In this document: in pieces, positions 29,981-38,318 of the stretch
How the letters are laid out: every line of letters begins with the position of its first letter
Position numbering within the stretch: position 1 is the first letter of the stretch
Assembly: GCA_963666275.2 (NCBI GenBank)
Contig: CAXXOA010000001.1
Coordinates: 1,120,001 to 1,184,000, forward strand
Length of the DNA stretch: 64,000 nt
From: Oceanispirochaeta sp.
Lineage (GTDB): Bacteria > Spirochaetota > Spirochaetia > DSM-2461
Reading direction: 5' to 3'
Program-made: the position numbers and the translations under genes
Notes under the pieces: model-generated
What the model saw: the letters and a program-made list of their open reading frames with translations, nothing else
Database searches by the model: none
What the model was told of the DNA's origin: nothing

Positions 29981-31051
29981 TCAGCTATGGGGGATCACAG
30001 GAACTTCCTGTTCCTCCTCATATCGGCATACCCTGTTGCGGCCCATAGACTTGGCTTTGTAGAGAGCAATGTCGGCTTTTTTGATAAGATCATCCAGACA
30101 GTCCTCATTCTGAAACCCCGCAACTCCGATGCTGACAGTCAGAGAAAGCTTCCCGGGCCAGTTCATATGGGACTCTATGATCCTCCGTATTCTCTCGGCA
30201 ATATGATAGCCCTCTGTCATATCTGTCTCATCCAGGAAGGCAATGAACTCCTCACCTCCGAAACGGGCGAAAATATCGGATCCTCTTATCTCTCTGATAC
30301 AGATTCTAGTGAGTTCCTTCAGAACAAGATCTCCCGTATCATGGCCCCATCTGTCATTGATATTTTTGAAATGGTCCAGGTCCAGCATAAAAAGGCACAT
30401 GGTCTGCTGGGGATTCCTCTTCAGTCTCTGAAATGTTCTGGATACCATCTCGTAAAAGTAGAGTCTGTTGGGGATCTCGGTCAGCATATCATGCCTGGCC
30501 TGATGATAGGCAATTTCCCGGGAGGAAAGGAGTTCCTGTTCCATCTTTTTGGTTTCCGTAATATCCAGGAGGGTGACTATAATCCCCCTGATCTCACTCC
30601 TGTGATACATATTCTGAACTATGATGCGGTAGTAGCGGGTTTTGTGAGACCGGACGGATTTCAGGATAAGCCTGTATATCTTTCCGGGCGGGGCTTTCCC
30701 GCTTTTCTCAATGACCCCCGACAGTTCCGACCACTCTTCCAGTTCAAAGAGGTTCTGAAGGTTCTGAATCTTAAGGTCTCCCGTGACGGTCTCCAGAATC
30801 TCTCCTTCCGAATTGATTATCAGGATATGTTCCTCCATATTGTGCAGAAGGAATCTGTACCTTTTTCTTTCCCGGATAAGAGCTGCAATGTAGGCGATGA
30901 TCATAAGAAGGAAGAGGAGTCCCGAAAAGAGGAGAATTATATTGCCGTTATTTGCCCACTGCCGGGAAGGGGAGAGGGCTTGCTGCTGTGACCATAGGGG
31001 GGCAGCAGTGAGAAGAGGGAGAATCAGGAAGTGATTAAATCTCTTTTCCAT
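29981..31051 (-). CDS. membrane-anchored PAS-like/GGDEF diguanylate cyclase
   Basis: Signal/TM segments, PAS-like region, DLDHFKNIND, RGSD I-site and intact GGEEF. Confidence 0.9.
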   Translation of the reverse strand: MEKRFNHFLILPLLTAAPLWSQQQALSPSRQWANNGNIILLFSGLLFLLMIIAYIAALIRERKRYRFLLHNMEEHILIINSEGEILETVTGDLKIQNLQNLFELEEWSELSGVIEKSGKAPPGKIYRLILKSVRSHKTRYYRIIVQNMYHRSEIRGIIVTLLDITETKKMEQELLSSREIAYHQARHDMLTEIPNRLYFYEMVSRTFQRLKRNPQQTMCLFMLDLDHFKNINDRWGHDTGDLVLKELTRICIREIRGSDIFARFGGEEFIAFLDETDMTEGYHIAERIRRIIESHMNWPGKLSLTVSIGVAGFQNEDCLDDLIKKADIALYKAKSMGRNRVCRYEEEQEVPVIPHS

Positions 31052-31079
31052 AACCTCACACCAGTCCGGGCTGGAAAAG

Positions 31080-32024
31080 TTATTTCTTCCCGGGGAACGT
31101 TGACCTCAGACTCTCAAACCTGTCAGTTTCTCTGCTTCTCTGCAGATATCGCACAGGATCCGACTGATTGTTATAAATAATACTGGATTGGCCCTGCCAA
31201 AGCAAATCAAGGAATTCTCCTGTTAAACAGGCCGTGATACCGTAGGGAATGGGAGTTCTGACAAGCCGTGCCGGCAGAGCCCTTGTAAAAAGATCTTCCT
31301 GATCGGGGGTATAGGGGACTCCGTTGGCTTTGATGTCGATCCAGAGGAATCCCTCCCTGTAGAGATCTTCCCATTTTTTGAGAAAGGTGTCCCGGCAGAT
31401 TGTCAGCCGGACCAGATGGTCTTTCACAGAGAAACCGCTGATATCACTGAGATCCCCCGGAGACAGCCCCAGGAGCTCCTCTTCAAATTCCGTGAGAAAG
31501 AACTTGTTCTGTTTATAGACGATCTTTCCGTCGGGATCAAAAACCACAGCCTGATTGAAGAGTCCTTTTTCGCGGGGATCATAGTAGAACCGGCTGCCGC
31601 TGAGTATGAACACATTATACTTCCGGGCCAGATCCGACCAGATTTCATCCAGAAAAGATCCTGTTTCCTCTGACCGGCTGATAAAGAGATCCGTCAGGGT
31701 GGAAAAGCCGGGATAGTCCGCGGCAATGTCTGCCCAGACCTGCTGAAAGGGTTTTGTTTCACTCAGATAGGAACTGTAGGGAATCAGAGAGGCAAAGACG
31801 CCCAGGTACTCGGGAAAGATCACCAGGTCCGCAGCTCCTCCGGCCATAGCATCCTTCATGGCATCTTCTATGGCGTCTCTGTAGGCTTTTTCACTTTTGA
31901 TAAAATCCAGAGATACTTCAAACTGAACTGTCACTGTCGTCAGATCTTTGCCGGGTGTCAGAGCCTGGAGGGAGAATGAAACGGATAGGAGTAATAGGAC
32001 TGTAAGGGGTCTTAAATATTTCAT
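31080..32024 (-). CDS. exported carbon-nitrogen hydrolase (nitrilase superfamily)
   Basis: Signal peptide MKYLRPLTVLLLLSVSFSLQA; catalytic triad contexts LVIFPEY (Glu), QNKFFL (Lys) and LTICRD (Cys). Confidence 0.85.
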   Translation of the reverse strand: MKYLRPLTVLLLLSVSFSLQALTPGKDLTTVTVQFEVSLDFIKSEKAYRDAIEDAMKDAMAGGAADLVIFPEYLGVFASLIPYSSYLSETKPFQQVWADIAADYPGFSTLTDLFISRSEETGSFLDEIWSDLARKYNVFILSGSRFYYDPREKGLFNQAVVFDPDGKIVYKQNKFFLTEFEEELLGLSPGDLSDISGFSVKDHLVRLTICRDTFLKKWEDLYREGFLWIDIKANGVPYTPDQEDLFTRALPARLVRTPIPYGITACLTGEFLDLLWQGQSSIIYNNQSDPVRYLQRSRETDRFESLRSTFPGKK

Positions 32025-32132
32025 GGAAGCTCTCCCTGCACCCCCCGGATATTCCTTCTCACAGGGGAAAGGGCCATAGGGGGTACAGGTTTCCAGTATA
32101 CAGCAGAGCAGATACGGGGAAAAGCGGAAACT

Positions 32133-33176
32133 CTAGAGATCGTATTCCGAATAGAGCTCAATACTGAAAGAGTCTCCGAAGGTGGGAACAATTTCCGAGT
32201 TGACTTTGGTAGTCTTTTTGTTGTTGGTTGTAATTTCATCCCGGATGACTGTTTCCGAAAGGGTCTCCGCATCATCGCCCTGGGTGTAGCTGGTTCCGAA
32301 GATCTGATCGAACAGCAGAGAGAGATAGTTACCCGCTGTCTGGTCAAAGGTGGTTTCGGTGGAGACGATCCTTTCCAGGCTGTAGGAAGTTCTATAATAC
32401 TTTCCACTGCCTTCATCCGATTCGGTGTAGTAGCGTACACCGAAAACTTCCTTGCTGTCCCTGTACCAGTAGTCCACCCATTCCTCAATTTTCTGATAGT
32501 AGTAGACCTTGCTGCTCCAGTTCATGGCACTATTCAGGGTGGGGCTCCAGGAATCAGAGGGCATACTCATACTGCCGTTGATATCAAAATGGGCATACTT
32601 TTCATCATTGGCATCAGTAACAATCCATTCATACCGGACACTGCCGTCCTGATAATGGAGTTCCATGGTTTCCCGGGCTGTTGTTTTCACTACCCAGGCA
32701 GAACCGTTCCACTCAACCACTTCATCTGCTGTGGTCCAGTTGCCATCGGCATCGCTGTCTTTCAGATAATACTCTTCCAGGTAGTAGTCAAAAATATCCT
32801 CTTTTCTGGGATATTCTGTTCTGGCGGAGATTTTATAGACAGGATCACTGTTGTTGGTAGTCGCTGAAACTGTGTAAAAAGTTTTCATTCCCTGTTCGGG
32901 ATAGTTGGTAACGAATGAACCATCCTGACCCAGACTGATCAGAGTGGAGAATACTTTTGTTTCGGTAAAATTCAGAGGATTAATGCTGGCCCTTTCAGAA
33001 CCGGCATCAGTCAGGGGTGTGTCGTCGCCGGCCATCCAGTAGTAGCCCGACAGGATATAGTCTTCGCCGTCGTCGCTGCTGCTTTTGCCGTTGTCGAAGA
33101 CATTACATCCTGTCAGTAGAATAGAAATAGTTATAGTAATTATTATCAATGAAAATCGTAGTTGTTTGTCTGTCAT
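32133..33176 (-). CDS. uncharacterised lipoprotein
   Basis: GGAGG RBS; basic N-terminus, hydrophobic core and LLTGC lipobox; Tyr/Trp/Thr/Asp-rich body. Confidence 0.85.
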   Translation of the reverse strand: MTDKQLRFSLIIITITISILLTGCNVFDNGKSSSDDGEDYILSGYYWMAGDDTPLTDAGSERASINPLNFTETKVFSTLISLGQDGSFVTNYPEQGMKTFYTVSATTNNSDPVYKISARTEYPRKEDIFDYYLEEYYLKDSDADGNWTTADEVVEWNGSAWVVKTTARETMELHYQDGSVRYEWIVTDANDEKYAHFDINGSMSMPSDSWSPTLNSAMNWSSKVYYYQKIEEWVDYWYRDSKEVFGVRYYTESDEGSGKYYRTSYSLERIVSTETTFDQTAGNYLSLLFDQIFGTSYTQGDDAETLSETVIRDEITTNNKKTTKVNSEIVPTFGDSFSIELYSEYDL

Positions 33177-33279
33177 CTCGTACCTCCCGTAAGGGTCGCG
33201 GCCTCTTTCTGCCGCGGTTTTAATATTTTTTTAACTTCTTTAAATTCAGGCAGTTAAGTATATACGTGTAAGTAGTTTT

Positions 33280-33308
33280 ATAATACTGCATTGAGAGGCA
33301 AAAAACAA
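33280..33308 (-). promoter_or_regulatory. putative sigma70 promoter of the lipoprotein gene
   Basis: TTGTTT-17 nt-TATTAT just after the pelG stop. Confidence 0.45.
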
Positions 33309-33319
33309 ATTTTCCCCTC

Positions 33320-34732
33320 TTATTTGATGATTCCCGCTTTGCTTTTCAGAATGGGGATCTCCCGGAGCTGTTTTTCCACCACCGAAGCGTAGATGATCCT
33401 GTCCAGAGAGTGGAGATCCCGGAAGAGGGATATCACAAGGATCCCCGTCCCCAGTAGACAGCCGCTGAGGGCTGACACTCCCGGGGTGGCAAAGAATGCC
33501 AGCCGCGAACTGGCCAGGGCCCCCGCCGTATTGATGGCAAAAAAGACAAGGGAGCCCAGAAGGGCCGTTCTGTATCTCTGAATATAGAGAAGGAAGTTCA
33601 TGGACGCCAGGAAGAGGTCCAGGATGAATATTCCCGCCGCAGTGACGCAGACCATCAGGAAGCTCTCTCTCATGGAAGGGGAGAGCCGGGAGAGACGGAG
33701 AAAGAGCAGGAGCACCACCCCCTGCAGGGCGGACTGTTCGCTCAGGATAAACCGGGTTGTCTGAATGAGTCTGTACATATTCCATTTGATGGTTTTGTAG
33801 GGTTTCCGGCTCAGGCTGTCCAGAAATTTTCTCAGAACAATATAGAACTCCGTTTCCGAGAAAATCACAAAAAAGACAAGTCCGGGAATCATCATCAGGT
33901 TTGTGAGGTACACAACGATGTCATAGGGTTCATAGAGTTTCATCAGGGTCCCCTCAATAAAATCCCCCCGGAGGTACCAGAATATCATCTTGTCGACCCA
34001 TAAGGCGCCGTAATAGAAAAAGCCCAGCAGAAAAAGGGATCTGTTCTGTCGTATGTAGGATCGGAACAGTCCCGTCAGGCTCACCTTTCTGTAACCCATC
34101 TCTCTGTATAGGAAGGTCAGGAGCAGTAGAAAAATAAGAAGCTGTCCCGCCGTATAGGCCATAAGAAGGAAAGACGTCCCCAGGGCAATGGCTGCTCCTC
34201 TGAGAAACACCAGGGAGGCGGCCATTCCCAGGACATAGATTCCCAGAAGCAGATTGAACTGTTTCATTGCCGATGCGGTGAGCATGAGGATCCATATATG
34301 GTTCACTATGATAAAGAGCAGTACAAATGCAGCCCTGTGCAGGGGCGGAACAGACTGCATAAAGACCCCCTGCAGGATCACAGCGGGAATAAGCAGGATC
34401 AGGGAGGACACCCCCAGGTACCGGAGAGTCAGCCCCATGGCTTTGTCCATGGCATTCCCGTAAAGAAAATCCGAAAGGATTCTTGTGAAAATGTAGTGAA
34501 AGCCCCCTGTCAGGATCAGGGAAAAGGAGTAGATATAAATGGTGGAGGAGATAAAAAGCCGGCGGAACTCCAGGGGGATCCCCATAAAGGGCTGCTGAAA
34601 GAGAAGGATCGTCAGGATCGATATAATCCAGGGCCCCGCCACGATCATAATTCCCGACACAGAAGCCTGGAAGACTCCTCCCGCGCTTCCCCGGGAGGCA
34701 ATTTTTCTCAGTTCAAAACCAATCCCCGCCAT
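33320..34732 (-). CDS. pelG: Pel exopolysaccharide inner-membrane protein PelG
   Basis: Diagnostic N-terminus MAGIGFELRK, AGPWIISI, LWVDKMIFW, YD..YL..IPGL.F and ETEFY; about 12 TM. Confidence 0.95.
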   Translation of the reverse strand: MAGIGFELRKIASRGSAGGVFQASVSGIMIVAGPWIISILTILLFQQPFMGIPLEFRRLFISSTIYIYSFSLILTGGFHYIFTRILSDFLYGNAMDKAMGLTLRYLGVSSLILLIPAVILQGVFMQSVPPLHRAAFVLLFIIVNHIWILMLTASAMKQFNLLLGIYVLGMAASLVFLRGAAIALGTSFLLMAYTAGQLLIFLLLLTFLYREMGYRKVSLTGLFRSYIRQNRSLFLLGFFYYGALWVDKMIFWYLRGDFIEGTLMKLYEPYDIVVYLTNLMMIPGLVFFVIFSETEFYIVLRKFLDSLSRKPYKTIKWNMYRLIQTTRFILSEQSALQGVVLLLFLRLSRLSPSMRESFLMVCVTAAGIFILDLFLASMNFLLYIQRYRTALLGSLVFFAINTAGALASSRLAFFATPGVSALSGCLLGTGILVISLFRDLHSLDRIIYASVVEKQLREIPILKSKAGIIK

Positions 34733-36139
34733 CTATACTTCTCCGGTCCGGCGCATATTTTCATAGATCCCGCGGAATCTGCGGTGCAGGTCCTTTTTAT
34801 CGTAGAAATTCAGAACTTTCTGCTTGTTCTTCTCTCCCAGTTTTTCCATCTCTTCGGGATTGTTGTATACAGTCAGAATTCCCTCGGCAATTTTACTGCT
34901 GTTTTTGGAGGGAGAAAGGAAGCGTTCGTCGTAATTGAGCAGTTCCGGGACATTTCCGACTGCCGTGGAGACCGATGGAATACCCGAACAGTAGGCTTCC
35001 AGAATCACAAGCGGCTGGGCCTCCCTGACGCTTGTCAGTACAAGAACATCGATGAATTTGTAGTATTCCCTCACATCCTGCCGTCCTGTGAACTCAAAAA
35101 CATCCTGCATTTTCAGATTCTCCACAAGCATAAGGCAGTCCTCGTAGTAGTCGGGATCCTCATCCGTGGGGCCGATGCAGTAAAAACGGGCTTCCGGAAC
35201 CCTGTCGGCAACAATTTTACAGGCCGCAATAAAGGTTTTGATATCCTTGATGGGAACCACCCTTCCCACAAGGCCCACATGGAAACCCTTCCGGGGCTCC
35301 CGCGGGAGGGTGAATCTTTCCACATCAATGCCGTTGGGGATCACTTCTGTCCGTTCCCGGGGGGCCCCCAGTTCCAGCTGTTTCTGACGGTTCTCCTCGA
35401 ACAGGGCGGTAATGTAGTCCGCTCTGGTGTAGCAGATCTGGCTCAGCCGGTTGTACATCTGAGTCCACATATCCCGCTGATACCCCCTGACAAGGTTTGT
35501 CTTCCGGATTTCCATCTCCCTCTCTTTATGATAGAGGCCGTGCTCCGTCAGAAGGAAGGGCCTGTTTCTTCTGTAATGGGCTGCCAGGGAGGCGATTCCG
35601 GCAAATCCTGTGGAAACAGCATGATAGATGTCCGCTTCGGGAGGAGACGCTCCCAGAACACTGAAGAGCATATCATGGGAGGACTTCCAGGCCCAGTAGT
35701 AGTCCGCAAAAGGGTAGAGGGGATTGTTCCGGCTGTTCCCCTGTTTGATCAGTTTCCATCCCAGGGGGGATTCCACCGCTTCCCTGAAGAGGTAGGTCCC
35801 CTCAGGCATAAGGCGGAAGATCTCTCCGATATCCGGAAGCTTCCCCGTCCGCATCTGCTGGTGAAAGCGGAAGAGAACTTTCATCAGTTTTCTCATCCCC
35901 CGGGGATTCTTCCTGGCTTCCCCGGGAAACTCTCCCAGTACCACATCCACGGTCTCCACCACATTGGGAGGGAGTTCATACCTCAGGGGCTGATCTTTTA
36001 CAGGAGAAATCGTAAAAAGTTTGAAATCCACTTCGGGAAGGTTCTGTATCAGGTCATGAACCCAGGCGGAGACGCCTCCGGTGATATAGGGGTAGGATCC
36101 CTCCAGAACAATGCAGACTGTGAGCCTGGGATTATGCAT
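34733..36139 (-). CDS. pelF: Pel glycosyltransferase PelF (GT4)
   Basis: VCIVLEGSYPYITGGVSAWVHDLI, YHAVSTGFAG, LLTEHGLYHKER, GRVVPIKDIKTFI and EAQPLVILEA; start at ATG 36139 behind AAGGTG. Confidence 0.96.
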   Translation of the reverse strand: MHNPRLTVCIVLEGSYPYITGGVSAWVHDLIQNLPEVDFKLFTISPVKDQPLRYELPPNVVETVDVVLGEFPGEARKNPRGMRKLMKVLFRFHQQMRTGKLPDIGEIFRLMPEGTYLFREAVESPLGWKLIKQGNSRNNPLYPFADYYWAWKSSHDMLFSVLGASPPEADIYHAVSTGFAGIASLAAHYRRNRPFLLTEHGLYHKEREMEIRKTNLVRGYQRDMWTQMYNRLSQICYTRADYITALFEENRQKQLELGAPRERTEVIPNGIDVERFTLPREPRKGFHVGLVGRVVPIKDIKTFIAACKIVADRVPEARFYCIGPTDEDPDYYEDCLMLVENLKMQDVFEFTGRQDVREYYKFIDVLVLTSVREAQPLVILEAYCSGIPSVSTAVGNVPELLNYDERFLSPSKNSSKIAEGILTVYNNPEEMEKLGEKNKQKVLNFYDKKDLHRRFRGIYENMRRTGEV

Positions 36140-36869
36140 TTTCACCTTTCCAGAAGGAGAGGATCTCCCTCTCCTGTTCACTGAGGTGGCTTTCCTTTTT
36201 GAAAGCTGAAAGGATCCTGTTTATTCCCGGAATATCCCGCCTCTCATAGGCCAGTTCCAGCTCTATCAGCCGGCTCTTCCTTTCCGGCGGCAGAAGCTGC
36301 TTTGCCTGATCATAGAGCTGCAGGGTAATCAGGATGCGGATCAGAAGAAAGCGCTCCTTTTCTTCCGCAAGGTTTCTGTTTTCCAGGTCTCCCAGCAGCA
36401 GATAGGCTTCTTTCAGATAGAAGTTCCTGAGGATCTTCTCCTCCCTGTTCATCAGGGCCAGGTGGTAGTAGACTTCCGCTGCCGATGAGGTCATTCCGGG
36501 AGTGGGGTTTTCCCTGATCTGCCGCTTCAGATCCGAGAGTTTTGTGTTGTACTCTTTTTCGATGGCATTCAGACTCTCCGCCGCAAAGAGGGCCACTTCC
36601 TTGTCCTTGTACTGGGATATTTCGCTCAGGACCTTTTTGAGCAGAAGATTGGTTTCCAGATCCCTCTCCTTCCGGGACAGGAGCCACTCTATTTCATCCA
36701 GATTGTAGGGTTTCTTGATGATGGGATTCAGCCCTGTGGATTTGTAGATAAGAGCCTCTATGGGAAGAAGCCCCTCCTCACAGGCCTGAAGGGCCGCCGA
36801 GGGAGTCCTGGGAGTGAAATAGTTTTTCCGTTTCTGAATATAGGCGTAGGGAGAGTTCCGGGAAATCAT
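36132..36869 (-). CDS. PelE-like helical-repeat (HEAT/TPR) protein
   Basis: Lies between the PelD-like gene and pelF with overlapping stop/start codons; DKEVALFAAESLNAIE helical motif and TPR-like C-terminal half. The call rests mainly on position. Confidence 0.65.
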   Translation of the reverse strand: MISRNSPYAYIQKRKNYFTPRTPSAALQACEEGLLPIEALIYKSTGLNPIIKKPYNLDEIEWLLSRKERDLETNLLLKKVLSEISQYKDKEVALFAAESLNAIEKEYNTKLSDLKRQIRENPTPGMTSSAAEVYYHLALMNREEKILRNFYLKEAYLLLGDLENRNLAEEKERFLLIRILITLQLYDQAKQLLPPERKSRLIELELAYERRDIPGINRILSAFKKESHLSEQEREILSFWKGENA

Positions 36870-38257
36870 ATCTTCTGAATCTCCAGAAGGTATTCGGCCC
36901 GTTTCATCATATCGTCGGGATCCATTTTTTCACTGATTCCGCAGGAGGCATAACCCAGATTGATTTCCAGGGGGATCTGTTCTCCCCTGACTGTCCAGAT
37001 GCTGTTGTTTATAAGCTCCAGACTCTCCAGGCAGAAGAGGGAACAGCCGTCGAAGTCCAGAGAGGGGATAAAAAGGGCCATCATCGAATCTTCCCTGTAA
37101 TGGAAGAGTTCGGGCAGGGCGGAACTCTTCTCCGGCAGTTTCCGTATAACCTGAAGCTGGAGCTTCCGGATCTCCTCCAGGCCGTATTTTTCTATAAGAT
37201 CCCGGAAGTCCATGAACTCCAGAAGGATCAGACTGGAGGAGTTGGCTGTTGCGTTTTCCTCGTAGGTATATTTTTCCATGATTCTGTAAAGCTGGGTAAA
37301 CTGGGGGAGCCCCGTTACAGGATTCTCCTCTTCCTCCACAAGAAGGGACTCAAAGTCCAGGGCTCTTTTCAGCGCCGGCTGGGAGAGGCTTATGATGATC
37401 TGCACCAGATTTTCGGTGTAGCTGCTGTACTTGATAAAGGGAAGCTTTTCGATATTCAGTACACCCCAGGTTCTGTTGTCCAGCACAACGGGGCAGCAGA
37501 TAATGCTCTCTTCCAGATTCAGGCTGTTCAGGTTCTCATAGTCCATGGCCATGCGCAGGGAAAACAGCTGGTTGTTCCGGAAAACCCAACCCTCGATGGA
37601 ACTCTTCAGTTCCACCTCTTCCCGTTCTGATTCCATTTTTTCCGTTCCCTTCCTCATTTTGAGTTTCAGGGTATTGGTTTCACTGTGAAATACCCATAAA
37701 GAGAGGCTTGAGGCTTCGGTAAAATGGATGATCGTGTCCAGCATGATCGATATGCTTTTGCTTGTGTCCAGGCAGTCTATTTCCTGGATCCTCTGATACA
37801 GAAGATTCAGTGAGGTCCTCTGCCTTGTCACCCGTTCCTCCAGTTCCCGTATGATATCCTGCTGGGCATTGGAAATCTCCCGGAGTTTGCTCTGGGAGTC
37901 CGAAAGCCTTCTGAACCGGGTGAGGATTTTGTCGATCTGATAGAGCCTGAACTGATTCAGAGAGCCTCCCAGGTAGGAGAGGGTAATCCCCAGAGTTGCA
38001 TTTATCAGAATTTCCTCTATATTCAAAGTAGGATCGCCCAGAAGAAACTGTCCTGTCTGAAACAGAAGCTGAATCAGGAAATAACTGAGCAGTCCCGCTG
38101 TTCTGCCGTGCCAGAAAGACAGGAACAGCGCGGTCACAAGGATGGCAGTCTGCCTGGACGGAAAGATAATCTCCGACTGGGGAAACAGGAGGCCTGCTCC
38201 GATGATAAAAGAAATTAGTATTGTTTCAGGAATTATCCTGCGCTTTTTCAGGTGCAT
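36866..38257 (-). CDS. PelD-like protein (4 TM, coiled coil, GAF, degenerate GGDEF)
   Basis: N-terminal TMs, coiled coil, GAF ending GVLNIEKLPF.KY, then NPVTGLP and a GGDEF-like fold with YREDSM at the active-site position. Start placed at ATG 38257 because the 38509 start overlaps the divergent gene. Confidence 0.8.
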   Translation of the reverse strand: MHLKKRRIIPETILISFIIGAGLLFPQSEIIFPSRQTAILVTALFLSFWHGRTAGLLSYFLIQLLFQTGQFLLGDPTLNIEEILINATLGITLSYLGGSLNQFRLYQIDKILTRFRRLSDSQSKLREISNAQQDIIRELEERVTRQRTSLNLLYQRIQEIDCLDTSKSISIMLDTIIHFTEASSLSLWVFHSETNTLKLKMRKGTEKMESEREEVELKSSIEGWVFRNNQLFSLRMAMDYENLNSLNLEESIICCPVVLDNRTWGVLNIEKLPFIKYSSYTENLVQIIISLSQPALKRALDFESLLVEEEENPVTGLPQFTQLYRIMEKYTYEENATANSSSLILLEFMDFRDLIEKYGLEEIRKLQLQVIRKLPEKSSALPELFHYREDSMMALFIPSLDFDGCSLFCLESLELINNSIWTVRGEQIPLEINLGYASCGISEKMDPDDMMKRAEYLLEIQKI

Positions 38258-38318
38258 TATAGAATAAAAGTATAAATTATATAGAGTATTATTGTATATT
38301 AGCATGGAGACGAAAATA

